From: Candidatus Flemingiibacterium sp.
Lineage (GTDB): Bacteria; Bacillota; Clostridia; Oscillospirales; CAG-272
Direction of reading: 5' to 3'
DNA: 64,000 nucleotides
NCBI GenBank assembly: GCA_045636265.1
Contig: JAZTXD010000078.1
Coordinates: 66,967-130,966, forward strand
The notes beneath the pieces were generated by a model, which did no database searches, was not told the origin of the DNA, and worked only from the letters and a program-made list of their open reading frames with translations. Position 1 is the stretch's first letter. Each line of letters starts with the position of its first letter. The translations under genes and the position numbers were made by a program. Positions 8,388-18,024 of the stretch are shown one piece after another.

Positions 8388-10391
8388 TCATATGCAATTC
8401 ACGCAAACCTCTACGTGTATCTCTTCGCAGAACGCCTTGAACTTCTCCACAGCATCTTCACCGCCGAATTCTTTTTCAAGCATAGTTGCAAGCTTATTGC
8501 GCGTGCTGTATTTGAGGCGAAGCTGTACAAGAAACCGATTCGTGTTCGCTTCATCGAGCACAAGCGATGCATCATTATCAGTCAGCACTATGGTATTCTT
8601 ACAACTTGACAGAACAATTACTCTGCCGTCTGCCTGATATAATGTGTGCTGGCTGTCCATTATATCGTAGTGATGAGCCTCCCAAAAAGGATCGTTCCAG
8701 TTATCCTCCACACGTTCTGCATACTCTCGGTGAACTCGCTCTGCAGTTTTAGGCACTTGAATTTCTTCCACATTCCATTGCGGTTTACCCTTTTTCAGTA
8801 TGTGAACTTCGCCGCTTACATCAACCTGATACAGAAATCCCTCCTTCTCGTCTATGTAGTATCTTACAAAGAGATCCTTGTAAATATCATTCATCTCCCA
8901 ATGCATATCCTTTGTTTCGGGATAATTCTGCATCTCATACATAGCATCAATAAGTCCACTGTAATACCACGCCTGCATCTCTTTCGGCGCGTTGAATCGT
9001 TCCCACAGCTCATCCCCGATCTCCTTGTAGTCTGCCCACAGTCGGCGAAGGTTGGAGAGCTTATCTGCCATTGCCGACATCTTTACTCGAATATTCTCCT
9101 CGGGGAGCTTTGTAAGTGTATATAGCTTGCGATAATACCAACATCTGCGTTTGTCTTCGGTGTGAGCATTAACGAGCGCAGCTACATCCGTACCGAATTT
9201 TCTGTAAATCTCAAGAAGCGTAGCATCGGTATCCTCAAGCGTGTCGTGGAGAATGCCTGCACAGAGCAGATTGGTGTCGGCGTTCATTCGCGTGAGTATC
9301 TGTAATGCCTCAATAGGATGCAAGATATACGGTGTATTTGTGCCTTTTGCTGATGCGCCTCTGTGACACTCCATAGCGTAGGCAATCGCATCTTCGAGCT
9401 TGCCATTGTTTTCGCGGATTATTTTACGTTCGTTCCACGCTTGTACGTTTCCGTTCCATACTGTGCGATAGTGACTAACCGTGCTCTCATCTCCGATAAA
9501 ACAAAGCGCCATATAGTAACCGCCGTTAATATGCAGCCAATCAGAGAGCGTATGCAGCGCAGTTTCAATCGCTTCATCGGACGAATCTGTGTCGGCAATA
9601 AATGTTGGAACAGATACAATATGGTAATCATTTGCACGAACTTTTTCAAGCTCATTCCACAGAATATCGCCGTTGCCAATTTCAGAAACATTCAGACACG
9701 GTAATGTAGCATCAAGCTCAACACCTTCCGGAACTTCGGCAAAAAAACCAATAAGATTCTGTCGGTCTTCTGGAATCAGCACCTCGAAAATACGCTTTAT
9801 ATTGCTTTTTGATAGCCAGAACGAATTTCCCCACGGATTGATCAGGACACCGTCAACATTGGGATTTTTCATAATCTTATCGAAAAACTTCTCAATTTTT
9901 TCAACCGCTGTGGACGTGTCCTCGCCCATTTTGACTGCGTCTGCGTTCGTAAATGCGGCATAAGCTACTGAATCGTTATCAAGACTGATTGTTCTGATTT
10001 TGAAGCGCATATCTTTATGCGTTTCTATTACCGTACCAACATCCAGACCGTTGGAAAGAAGTGTTTCAACATCTTCATCTGATATTTCTATCGGGACTAT
10101 AAAACTGTCGCCGTTAAGTATTGCCTGGCGAATCGATTCAAGAACCGCAACAAAACTCTCTTGTGTGAAGTTTTCTCCTTCACCGATGAGTACGTCGATT
10201 GTTTTTTCAACTTTGAGAAGTGTTTCTGTCTGCTCGAGTGAGTCGATTCGAATGATAGGTGTTCTCTTGTTGTTTTCTTGCTCACACTCTTTTATAAATT
10301 TCATTGCTTCTTCCTCCGTAATGTCCTCGTAGTCTGTAATCTCGTTCTCAATTTTCCAAAGGTTGGGCATGGGCTCCCACTTTTCTTGCAT
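8388..10391 (-). CDS. Multidomain protein: SseB-like N-terminal region + RelA/SpoT-type HD hydrolase domain + unknown C-terminal domain
   Basis: HD core YILHPIEALQIL...AGILHDTLEDT...FG..VAALVNAHTEDK. N-terminal AAFTNADAV...GVLINPWG is SseB-like (tentative). Confidence 0.65.
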   Translation of the reverse strand: MQEKWEPMPNLWKIENEITDYEDITEEEAMKFIKECEQENNKRTPIIRIDSLEQTETLLKVEKTIDVLIGEGENFTQESFVAVLESIRQAILNGDSFIVPIEISDEDVETLLSNGLDVGTVIETHKDMRFKIRTISLDNDSVAYAAFTNADAVKMGEDTSTAVEKIEKFFDKIMKNPNVDGVLINPWGNSFWLSKSNIKRIFEVLIPEDRQNLIGFFAEVPEGVELDATLPCLNVSEIGNGDILWNELEKVRANDYHIVSVPTFIADTDSSDEAIETALHTLSDWLHINGGYYMALCFIGDESTVSHYRTVWNGNVQAWNERKIIRENNGKLEDAIAYAMECHRGASAKGTNTPYILHPIEALQILTRMNADTNLLCAGILHDTLEDTDATLLEIYRKFGTDVAALVNAHTEDKRRCWYYRKLYTLTKLPEENIRVKMSAMADKLSNLRRLWADYKEIGDELWERFNAPKEMQAWYYSGLIDAMYEMQNYPETKDMHWEMNDIYKDLFVRYYIDEKEGFLYQVDVSGEVHILKKGKPQWNVEEIQVPKTAERVHREYAERVEDNWNDPFWEAHHYDIMDSQHTLYQADGRVIVLSSCKNTIVLTDNDASLVLDEANTNRFLVQLRLKYSTRNKLATMLEKEFGGEDAVEKFKAFCEEIHVEVCVNCI

Positions 10392-10437
10392 AATTATTAT
10401 ACCGCAGCATCAGTCCAAAAAAACGGACACATTTAGA

Positions 10438-10466
10438 TTGACATATCCGTTTTGGCGTGGTATAAT
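10438..10466 (+). promoter_or_regulatory. consensus sigma-A promoter TTGACA-17-TATAAT
   Basis: Read directly from the sequence, 30 nt upstream of the ARH start. Confidence 0.65.
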
Positions 10467-10498
10467 TAATATAATAAATCACATCATCGGAGGTGCCT

Positions 10499-11506
10499 AT
10501 GTCAATCAAGGATAAATACCTCGGATGTCTTATCGGCGGAGCTGTCGGCGATGCGCTTGGATATCCGGTGGAATTTAATACCTACACTCAAATACTCGCG
10601 CGGCACGGCGACGATGGCATAAACGATTATTTCCTCACAAACGACACCGCGCTTATCTCCGACGATACACAAATGACGCTGTTCACTGCCGAAGGTTTGC
10701 TTATGTTCGATGATGACAAACTCACGTCAATATACAACTGTTACCGCGAGTGGGCAGCAATGCAGATTGAGGGATATCCCCTTTCCGAACCGATTTCGCG
10801 CCTTTCTAAATATCCGGAACTTTACGAATCCCGCGAACCCGGACGCACCTGCATATTAAGCCTTGTACATAACGAGCGTGGCAGTGTCGCACATCCTATG
10901 AACGACAGCAAAGGCTGTGGCGGAATAATGCGTGTTGCACCGGTTGGTCTGTATTACAACATAACGAAGACTTCCACCGCTGAAATCTCGAAAATTGCTG
11001 CTGAAGCCGCCGCACTTACCCACGGTCATGAGCTGGGATATATTCCTGCCGCGATACTCGGGCATATGTGTGCTGTTTTGGCTCAAACAGACATGACTGT
11101 TCCCGATGCACTGACAGATGCGGTAAACACCGCAAAAATGCTGTTCGGCGACACAGAGAATATGAAATGTCTGCAAAATCTTATAGAAAAAGCCGTAGAG
11201 CTATCGAAAGCCAACATTCCCGACATTGATGCAATAACACAGCTCGGCGAGGGCTGGGTTGCCGAGGAAACGCTGGCGATAGCGGTGTACTGTTCGCTCA
11301 AATACAGCGACAACTTCGAAAAAACCATAGTTGCGTCGGTCAACCACAGCGGTGACAGCGATTCCACGGGTGCAGTAACGGGTAATATTATGGGTGCACA
11401 TCTGGGACTATCTGCGATACCGCAGAAATACACCGAAAATCTCGAATTGTACGACCTCATAAAGAGCACCGCGGACGAGCTTTACCGTGCCGCATACGAT
11501 ATGTGA
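10499..11506 (+). CDS. ADP-ribosylglycohydrolase family protein
   Basis: DKYLGCLIGGAVGDALGYPVEF N-terminal signature and C-terminal HSGDSDSTGAV metal-site motif. Confidence 0.85.
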   Translation: MSIKDKYLGCLIGGAVGDALGYPVEFNTYTQILARHGDDGINDYFLTNDTALISDDTQMTLFTAEGLLMFDDDKLTSIYNCYREWAAMQIEGYPLSEPISRLSKYPELYESREPGRTCILSLVHNERGSVAHPMNDSKGCGGIMRVAPVGLYYNITKTSTAEISKIAAEAAALTHGHELGYIPAAILGHMCAVLAQTDMTVPDALTDAVNTAKMLFGDTENMKCLQNLIEKAVELSKANIPDIDAITQLGEGWVAEETLAIAVYCSLKYSDNFEKTIVASVNHSGDSDSTGAVTGNIMGAHLGLSAIPQKYTENLELYDLIKSTADELYRAAYDM

Positions 11507-11519
11507 AGGAGAACACAAA

Positions 11520-12500
11520 ATGGCAGGAAACCAGAAAATAAAGATACTCTACCTTATGAAAATACTCCTTGAGGGCACCGATGACGAGCGCGGTATGACG
11601 CTTGAGGAGATTACAAACGCCCTCGCGTCTTACGGCATAAATGCCGAGCGCAAAACGCTGTACGATGATTTTGAAACACTTCGTGTATTCGGTCTGGACA
11701 TCGAGAAGCGTAAGGATAAACAGGTACGCTATCACGTTGTCAGCCGCACATTCGAGCTTCCCGAGCTGAAGCTTCTCGTTGACGCGGTGCAGGCTTCAAA
11801 ATTCATCACGCATAAAAAGAGCATCGAGCTTATCAACAAACTTGAAACGCTCACGAGCGCAAATCAGGCGCGTACACTCAACCGCCAGGTATTCGTTGCT
11901 GGGCGTATTAAGACGATGAACGAGAGTATCTATTACACCGTTGACTACATTCACGAGGCACTGTCAGCGAACAAGAAGCTGTCATTTCACTATTTCGAGT
12001 GGAACGAGAAAAAGGAGCGTGTACTCCGCCACGACGGCAGAGTTTACGTTGTGAGTCCTTTCGCGCTGACGTGGGATGACGAAAACTACTATATGATAGC
12101 ATACGACTCCCTCTCTGAGAGCGTACGGCATTATAGAGTTGATAAAATGCTGAAAATCAAGGTACTCGACGAGCCGCGTGACGGTGCGGAAGCGTTCAAG
12201 GATTTCGATATGGCGGCATACGCGAAGAAGACGTTCGGTATGTTCGGCGGCAAAGAAGAAGCGGTAACGCTTCGCTGCAAAAATCACCTTGCGGGAGTTA
12301 TCATTGACCGCTTCGGAAACGACTTGCTCTTTTCAAAGGTGGACGACGAGCATTTCGAGGTGCGCGTAAAAGTTGCTGCAAGTCCGCTGTTCCTGACATG
12401 GGTTATGAACTTCGGCGCAGATATGCGGATAGTTTCACCGAACAATGTAAAAGACGAGCTTGTGAAGCTTGCAAAGGTTGCGATTGCACAGTATGAATAA
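11520..12500 (+). CDS. HTH + WYL domain transcriptional regulator
   Basis: N-terminal wHTH (ILYLMKILLEGTDDERGMTLEEI), central WYL-type region, RBS GAAGGAG upstream of ATG 11520. Confidence 0.75.
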   Translation: MAGNQKIKILYLMKILLEGTDDERGMTLEEITNALASYGINAERKTLYDDFETLRVFGLDIEKRKDKQVRYHVVSRTFELPELKLLVDAVQASKFITHKKSIELINKLETLTSANQARTLNRQVFVAGRIKTMNESIYYTVDYIHEALSANKKLSFHYFEWNEKKERVLRHDGRVYVVSPFALTWDDENYYMIAYDSLSESVRHYRVDKMLKIKVLDEPRDGAEAFKDFDMAAYAKKTFGMFGGKEEAVTLRCKNHLAGVIIDRFGNDLLFSKVDDEHFEVRVKVAASPLFLTWVMNFGADMRIVSPNNVKDELVKLAKVAIAQYE

Positions 12501-12505
12501 AATTT

Positions 12506-12546
12506 GAGCCGATTGCGTCCCCGCAATCGGCTCTGTCCGTTTTTTA
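12506..12546 (+). terminator. rho-independent terminator
   Basis: GAGCCGATTGCG-tccc-CGCAATCGGCTC followed by a T-run. Confidence 0.8.
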
Positions 12547-12609
12547 GGACTCTTGACGTGGTACAATGTATACAGTAGAAAAAGCTGAACAAAAACGGAG
12601 GACAATCAC

Positions 12610-13014
12610 ATGAAAAACATATTCGTAACAATCACAGGACAGAACCATTACCTCGGCATGAAGCCGTACAAGGTCGGTCGCATCGTAAAGCTTGTGAAGG
12701 ATGTTGATAATGAGCACGATGAAAATGCAATTGCTGTTCTTCTCCCGTTTATAGACGTAATCGGATATGTTGCTAACAGCACCAATACTGTATTCCAGGG
12801 TACATACAGCGCAGGACGCCTTTACGATAAAATAGATGATTCAGCGCTTGCAGAGATAATGTTTATTACTCATTCGAGTGTAATCGCGCGTGTGCTTTCG
12901 GAGGATGAGAAAAGCGAATTCAAGAAAGCGAACGGCATCGGAGTAGATGAGAGTGACAGCGAAACGACGAGAGAAGAACAGAAATCCAAGCCGCTTTCGA
13001 AAATCGGGTTTTAG
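12610..13014 (+). CDS. HIRAN domain protein
   Basis: VTITGQNHY...VKLVKDVDNEHDENAIAV pattern (HIRAN NxxDxNAI core). Confidence 0.65.
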   Translation: MKNIFVTITGQNHYLGMKPYKVGRIVKLVKDVDNEHDENAIAVLLPFIDVIGYVANSTNTVFQGTYSAGRLYDKIDDSALAEIMFITHSSVIARVLSEDEKSEFKKANGIGVDESDSETTREEQKSKPLSKIGF

Positions 13015-13179
13015 TTAAAAATATTTTTCACCTCGCTTGACGCTCCTCTTAGTGTGAATGCTATAATTTCATACGGAGATAAGTATAACAATAGGGATGA
13101 ACGAATCGTTCATCCCTTCAATATTTGCGCCGCAAAAAAGAAAGAAAAAGTGAATCTGTCTATTATTCACGGAAAGTTG

Positions 13180-13208
13180 TTGAAGTGTCCGCCTGAACAT
13201 GGTATAAT
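13180..13208 (+). promoter_or_regulatory. sigma-A type promoter (TTGAAG-17-TATAAT)
   Basis: Read directly from the sequence, upstream of the rhodanese gene. Confidence 0.55.
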
Positions 13209-13241
13209 TATTATAACATACATCATACCACGGAGAAAAGC

Positions 13242-13733
13242 ATGACAAGACCAAATCCAAAAATAAAACAAAAAAGCATAATCGCCGCAGTCATGCTCGT
13301 GCTTGCCGCTGCGATGAGCGCGTGCGCGATGGATTCACATAAAACAACCGATACCGAAGCAAACGGAGAACTTCAAATACAGGAGAGTGAAATTATGAAC
13401 AAAGAACAGACGAACACCTACCGTCAGATCAGCATGGAAGAAGCGGTGATAATGATGCAGGAAGAAAGCGATTACATCATCCTCGACGTGCGCAGAGCCG
13501 ATGAATTCGCCGAGGGGCATATCCCGAACGCAATCAATGTTGCAAACGAGGACATCGGCACGGACGAGATTGGGGAGCTTCCCGACAAGGAGCAGCTTAT
13601 CATGGTCTACTGCCGAAGCGGTCGCCGCAGTAAAGAGGCGGCGGAAAAGCTGGTGGCGCTCGGATATACGAATATCGTGGAGTTCGGCGGTATACTTGAT
13701 TGGACGGGCGATGTTGTTAGTGAAAACGAATGA
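13242..13733 (+). CDS. rhodanese-domain lipoprotein
   Basis: Signal peptide with lipobox AMSAC. Active-site loop CRSGRRS. Confidence 0.85.
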   Translation: MTRPNPKIKQKSIIAAVMLVLAAAMSACAMDSHKTTDTEANGELQIQESEIMNKEQTNTYRQISMEEAVIMMQEESDYIILDVRRADEFAEGHIPNAINVANEDIGTDEIGELPDKEQLIMVYCRSGRRSKEAAEKLVALGYTNIVEFGGILDWTGDVVSENE

Positions 13734-13790
13734 TTTTTCGCGGCTCAAATTTTTAACCGCAGCAATCAAAGACAAAGCGAGGAGATTACA

Positions 13791-14471
13791 ATGAAAGACG
13801 AATGCCTTATTTGCGGCGCACCGCTTAAATACCTTGAAACCGACGAGGTGATGGAATGCGCCGTCTGCCACAAAAAAGAAAACAGCAAGACCGCTTGCGA
13901 AAACGGTCACTACATATGCAACGAGTGCCACACGCAAGGAATGGACAGCATCATCGGCGTATGCCTTGGCGAAAAGTCGAAGAATCCTATTGAGATTATG
14001 CAAAAGATGATGGCACTTCCCTTCTGCCATATGCACGGTCCCGAGCATCATGTTATGGTCGGCTCGGCGCTTCTTACGGCGTACAAGAACGCAGGCGGTG
14101 ATATTGCTCTGCCCAAAGCTTTATCCGAAATGCAGGCGAGGGGCAAGAAAGTTCCCGGCGGTGCTTGCGGATTTTGGGGAGCGTGCGGTGCCGGTATCAG
14201 CGCAGGAATGTTCGTGTCTATCGTGACGGGCTCTACTCCGCTTGCAAATGAAGCATGGGGGCTTTCCAACAAGATGACATCTTCCGCCCTCGGTGCTATC
14301 GGTGAAATCGGCGGTCCACGCTGCTGTAAGCGCGATTCTTACACCGCTATAATCAAGGCGGTGGAGTTTGCGAAGGCACATCTCGGTGTGGAAATGGAGC
14401 TTGACGAGATCAAGTGTATTCATGCGGAGCAGAATAATCAGTGCATCGGCGTGAGGTGCCCCTTTAGATAA
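13791..14471 (+). CDS. Cys-rich protein, DUF5714-like
   Basis: N-terminal CxxC...CxxC zinc-ribbon-like motifs and conserved FCHMHGPEHH. Family name from memory. Confidence 0.5.
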   Translation: MKDECLICGAPLKYLETDEVMECAVCHKKENSKTACENGHYICNECHTQGMDSIIGVCLGEKSKNPIEIMQKMMALPFCHMHGPEHHVMVGSALLTAYKNAGGDIALPKALSEMQARGKKVPGGACGFWGACGAGISAGMFVSIVTGSTPLANEAWGLSNKMTSSALGAIGEIGGPRCCKRDSYTAIIKAVEFAKAHLGVEMELDEIKCIHAEQNNQCIGVRCPFR

Positions 14472-14518
14472 ACAATGTAGGGACAGGCGTCCTCGACTGT
14501 CCGTTAGGGAGTGAAATA

Positions 14519-14896
14519 ATGAAAAAGAAGATAGCATTTATTTGCGTACATAATTCCTGCCGTAGTCAGGTCGCAGAAGCCCTCGGTAAGCATCTGCGCG
14601 GTGATGAGTTCGAATTCTACTCGGCAGGAACCGAAACTAAACCGCAGATCAATCAGGATGCGGTCAGACTGATGAAAGAGCTTTACGGCATAGATATGGA
14701 GCAAACACAGTACAGCAAAACCGTAGACAAGATACCGCCACCCGACGTCGCTATTTCAATGGGATGCGATGTGGGATGCCCGTTCATCGGCAGAGCCTTC
14801 GACGATGATTGGTGTCTGCCCGATCCGACGGGAAAGGACGATGCGGCTTTTATCGAGGTAATCAAGCAGATTGAGGCGAATATCCGCAAGCTGTAG
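14519..14896 (+). CDS. arsC: arsenate reductase / low-molecular-weight phosphatase family
   Basis: CVHNSCRS (CX5R-S) P-loop at the N-terminus and GCDVGCP downstream cysteines. Confidence 0.75.
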   Translation: MKKKIAFICVHNSCRSQVAEALGKHLRGDEFEFYSAGTETKPQINQDAVRLMKELYGIDMEQTQYSKTVDKIPPPDVAISMGCDVGCPFIGRAFDDDWCLPDPTGKDDAAFIEVIKQIEANIRKL

Positions 14897-14935
14897 AGGC
14901 GAGCGGTTAAACATAAATTTACTTGTGAGGATATC

Positions 14936-15237
14936 ATGCTGATCGCTTTAATTGTTGTCGGACTTGTGGGTGCTCTTTTGGTTGTACTTGGCTATCTGAT
15001 ATGGAAAAAAATAACGCTGCTTCACGATTATAATTATTACAAAGTGTCGGCAGAAGACAAAAGGATTTTTGCACAATATCGGGACTTGGGATTTTTACTA
15101 TTGGTATCGTTCTTCTGATTACTGCTGTCATTCTCGGTATTACAAATTCTGAGTGGAGATTCATTGCCTTTGCGGTTGGATTTGTGATAGGAATTGCTCT
15201 CCTTATTTATGCGGAAAACAGATATAAGTCCAAGTAA
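14936..15237 (+). pseudogene. small multi-TM membrane protein interrupted by a frameshift near an A-run (~15056-15062)
   Basis: Frame 1 stops at 15118. The adjacent frame continues ...GLGIFTIGIVLLITAVILGITNSEWRFIAFAVGFVIGIALLIYAENRYKSK* to 15237. Confidence 0.45.
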
Positions 15238-15314
15238 AACGGTAGATAGGAATATGACGAGGAAACTCATACGATATCGATAAATAAAAATGATCGAACT
15301 ATATAAAGCCAAGG

Positions 15315-15350
15315 GGGCTGACAGACGCATACTGTCAGCCCTGAAATTTT
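15315..15350 (+). terminator. rho-independent terminator
   Basis: GGGCTGACAG-acgcata-CTGTCAGCCC followed by TGAAATTTT. Confidence 0.75.
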
Positions 15351-15385
15351 AACTAAAATATTTTTAAGATTTTTTTGAAATTCTC

Positions 15386-15414
15386 TTGACATCCTTTGAG
15401 AAACATGGTAGAAT
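15386..15414 (+). promoter_or_regulatory. sigma-A promoter TTGACA-17-TAGAAT
   Basis: Read directly from the sequence. Confidence 0.55.
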
Positions 15415-15450
15415 TCTAATAGAATCTATAAATTGGGAGGCTCAACCTAT

Positions 15451-15792
15451 ATGAATTATGAAAAGATTATTGTTGAATTGTTGGGAAGAATCCAAGTATT
15501 AGAGGAACAGGTAGCAATATTGATGAAAAATCAAAGTGACGAACAAGAAATCAATAAAATCGGCACAGCACAAATTCGCCAGTATATCGAAGAGTTAAAA
15601 GAATCTGCTAAAAAATCCGGAAAGAAAGAAATTACTTTGAAATCCGGTCACATCCATGAAGATCTCAATCTCAAAAGTGCAATGCCGCAGGTTTGCAATG
15701 CCATGAGGCAATCAATGATAGATGGCGACGTTGTAATACACACCACACCAAGCGGTTATTCCTCAACCATTGAAATTAAATATAATATCTGA
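15451..15792 (+). CDS. hypothetical protein
   Basis: ATG 15451 follows GGGAGG. 113 aa with no recognised motif. Confidence 0.5.
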   Translation: MNYEKIIVELLGRIQVLEEQVAILMKNQSDEQEINKIGTAQIRQYIEELKESAKKSGKKEITLKSGHIHEDLNLKSAMPQVCNAMRQSMIDGDVVIHTTPSGYSSTIEIKYNI

Positions 15793-15914
15793 TAGAGGTT
15801 TACAATGGCAAGAAAAGCGAATAAACCGGGCAGAAGACTGGGGCTATTTATTGGTGGTATGCTTTTTGGTCTTATAAGAGGAATATTCTTCAAAAATAAG
15901 TATTGAGGTTACAT

Positions 15915-16430
15915 ATGCGAACAACCAAAGTCATCGTCCTTCCTTATGATGCGGCATGGAAATCAGCTTTTGAAGAAATAAAGCAAAAAATCGAAGCCGC
16001 AATCGGCGATTTGATCGTCGGCATAGAACACGTGGGAAGCACGTCTGTGGAAGGGATGTCAGCGAAGCCTTGCATTGACATTGATGTGATCATCAAGGAT
16101 TACGGCGTATTTGATGCCGTAGTGCGCAAATTAGAAACGATCGGCTACATCCACGAGGGTGACCTTGGAATTAAGAACAGAGAGGCGTTCAAATATTCGG
16201 AGAAGCCGCATCTCATGAGGCACCATTTGTATGTGTGCCCCGAGTATTCAGAGGAGCTGCACCGACATATTGCGTTCCGAGATTTTCTGCGGAGTAATCC
16301 CGAGGCGGCGAGGAAGTACAGTCAGATAAAAGAAACCGCCGCGCAGTTGTTTCCGGACGATATTGATAAGTACATCGAATATAAATCGCCGTGCATAGAG
16401 GAATTGTATGCGATGTGCAGGTTGAAGTGA
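15915..16430 (+). CDS. GrpB family protein
   Basis: IEHVGSTSVEGMSAKPCIDIDVII signature. Confidence 0.8.
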   Translation: MRTTKVIVLPYDAAWKSAFEEIKQKIEAAIGDLIVGIEHVGSTSVEGMSAKPCIDIDVIIKDYGVFDAVVRKLETIGYIHEGDLGIKNREAFKYSEKPHLMRHHLYVCPEYSEELHRHIAFRDFLRSNPEAARKYSQIKETAAQLFPDDIDKYIEYKSPCIEELYAMCRLK

Positions 16431-16449
16431 GTTTTAAGGAGAAAATGTT

Positions 16450-16845
16450 ATGAGCGCATTTGACAGCAGCGAATTTGAAAAGCATAAGGCTGAAGCAAAA
16501 GAAAAATGGGGTGTGACCGACGCATACAAGGAGCACGCGGAGAAGACGAAGAATTATTCCAAGGATAAGTGGAACGATCTTGTCGGAGAAATGAACGATA
16601 TTTTCGCGGAGTTCGCGGTGTGCATAAAAAACGGTAATGCACCGGATTCTGCCGAAGCACAGGCGCTTGTCAAAGCTCTGCAGAGCCATATCAGCGAGAA
16701 TTACTACACCTGCACAAACGAGATTTTGTCGGGACTTGGTCAGATGTACGTGGCGGACGAGCGGTTCAAGGCTAACATCGACAAGCACGCGGACGGCACG
16801 GCGGCGTTTGTTTGTGAGGCGATTGGAACTTATTGTGGGAAATAA
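16450..16845 (+). CDS. TipAS antibiotic-recognition domain protein (stand-alone)
   Basis: YYTCTNEILSGLGQMYVADERFKANIDKHADGTAAF motif. Confidence 0.7.
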   Translation: MSAFDSSEFEKHKAEAKEKWGVTDAYKEHAEKTKNYSKDKWNDLVGEMNDIFAEFAVCIKNGNAPDSAEAQALVKALQSHISENYYTCTNEILSGLGQMYVADERFKANIDKHADGTAAFVCEAIGTYCGK

Positions 16846-16893
16846 CGGGCAAAATTTGCGCCGCAGTAAACAATGAATAAACGAGGGACGAAT

Positions 16894-17928
16894 ATGCTAA
16901 CCTACACATATATTTCAAAAGGAAAATTCGGCTTGGTTGAGAAACCAAAGCCTACACTTCTGCACAAACGTGATGCAATAGTCCGTGTTACACTCGCCAG
17001 CATCTGCTCCAGCGACCTCCACATCAAGCACGGCAACGTGCCGAGAGCGGTGGAGGGAATCACAGTCGGTCACGAGATGGTCGGTATCGTGGAGGAGGTC
17101 GGCTCTGCGGTGACGAACGTAAAGCCAGGCGACAGAGTTACGGTGAATGTGGAAACCTTCTGCGGCGAGTGCTTCTTCTGCAAGAAGGGATTTGTCAACA
17201 ACTGCACCGACACGAACGGTGGCTGGGCGCTTGGTTGCCGTATTGACGGCGGTCAAGCGGAGTACGTTCGCGTGCCTTTTGCGGATCAGGGGCTTAATAA
17301 GATTCCCGATACTGTGACCGACAGACAAGCTCTGCTCGTTGGCGACGTTCTTGCCACGGGATATTGGGCAGCAAAGATTTCGGAAATTACCGAGGACGAT
17401 ACCGTTCTTATCATCGGCGCAGGCCCCACGGGGATTTGTACGCTTCTTTGCGTGATGCTGGAGAATCCCAAGCGCATTATCGTGTGCGAGAAGGACGAGA
17501 ACCGCATAAAATTTGTGAATGAACATTATCCCGATGTGGTGACGGTTACGCCTGAAGAATGCCTTGATTTCGTTCGCGAGAACAGCGATCACGGCGGCGC
17601 TGATGTAGTGCTTGAGGTTGCAGGTGCGAAGAACACCTTTGAGCTTGCATGGGTGTGCGCGCGACCGAATGCGATTGTGACGGTGGTGGCGCTTTACGAC
17701 AAGGCGCAGACTCTACCTCTGCCCGATATGTACGGCAAGAATCTGACCTTCAAGACCGGCGGCGTTGACGGTTGCGATTGCGAGAAAACGCTGAAGCTCA
17801 TCGCAGATGGCAAGCTCGATACCGCGCCCCTGATCACGCATACCTATCCACTTGCGAAGATCGATGAGGCATATGAGTTGTTTGAAAATAAGCGTGACGG
17901 AGTTATTAAGGTTGCGGTGGAGTGTTGA
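16894..17928 (+). CDS. zinc-dependent alcohol dehydrogenase (MDR family)
   Basis: GHEMVG catalytic-zinc motif, CGECFFCKKG...C structural-zinc motif, GAGPTG Rossmann motif. Confidence 0.85.
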   Translation: MLTYTYISKGKFGLVEKPKPTLLHKRDAIVRVTLASICSSDLHIKHGNVPRAVEGITVGHEMVGIVEEVGSAVTNVKPGDRVTVNVETFCGECFFCKKGFVNNCTDTNGGWALGCRIDGGQAEYVRVPFADQGLNKIPDTVTDRQALLVGDVLATGYWAAKISEITEDDTVLIIGAGPTGICTLLCVMLENPKRIIVCEKDENRIKFVNEHYPDVVTVTPEECLDFVRENSDHGGADVVLEVAGAKNTFELAWVCARPNAIVTVVALYDKAQTLPLPDMYGKNLTFKTGGVDGCDCEKTLKLIADGKLDTAPLITHTYPLAKIDEAYELFENKRDGVIKVAVEC

Positions 17929-17971
17929 TAATTGTTCTGCCGTAAACAAAGAAAAGGCGCAATAAAAGAAA

Positions 17972-18010
17972 GCCGCAGAATTCAAAAATGAGTTCTGCGA
18001 CTTTCATTTT
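17972..18010. terminator. bidirectional terminator between adh (+) and the Ubl operon (-)
   Basis: CGCAGAA/TTCTGCG stem with T-runs on both strands. Confidence 0.6.
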
Positions 18011-18024
18011 TAGATTTACTGCAT

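Noticed and set aside
13093-13117. Perfect 25-nt palindrome AGGGATGAACGAATCGTTCATCCCT that shares an exact 14-mer (ATGAACGAATCGTT) with 30139-30152.
   Set aside because: About 15 exact 14-mer matches are expected by chance in a 64 kb self-comparison on both strands (my estimate), so the shared 14-mer is not evidence of relatedness. The palindrome may be an operator or hairpin, but I cannot tie it to a function.
13335-14051. 238-aa minus-strand ORF, with similar long antisense ORFs at 5145-5819, 16915-17592, 26266-26925, 43315-44328, 44485-45177, 48173-48745 and 62604-63080.
   Set aside because: Each lies entirely antisense to a gene with clear family motifs, has no RBS and has low-complexity or odd composition. 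These are shadow ORFs.
15805-15906. 33-aa ORF MARKANKPGRRLGLFIGGMLFGLIRGIFFKNKY after an AGAGG RBS.
   Set aside because: It is plausible as a small membrane peptide, but it is too short to support from sequence alone. I left it out of the feature list.
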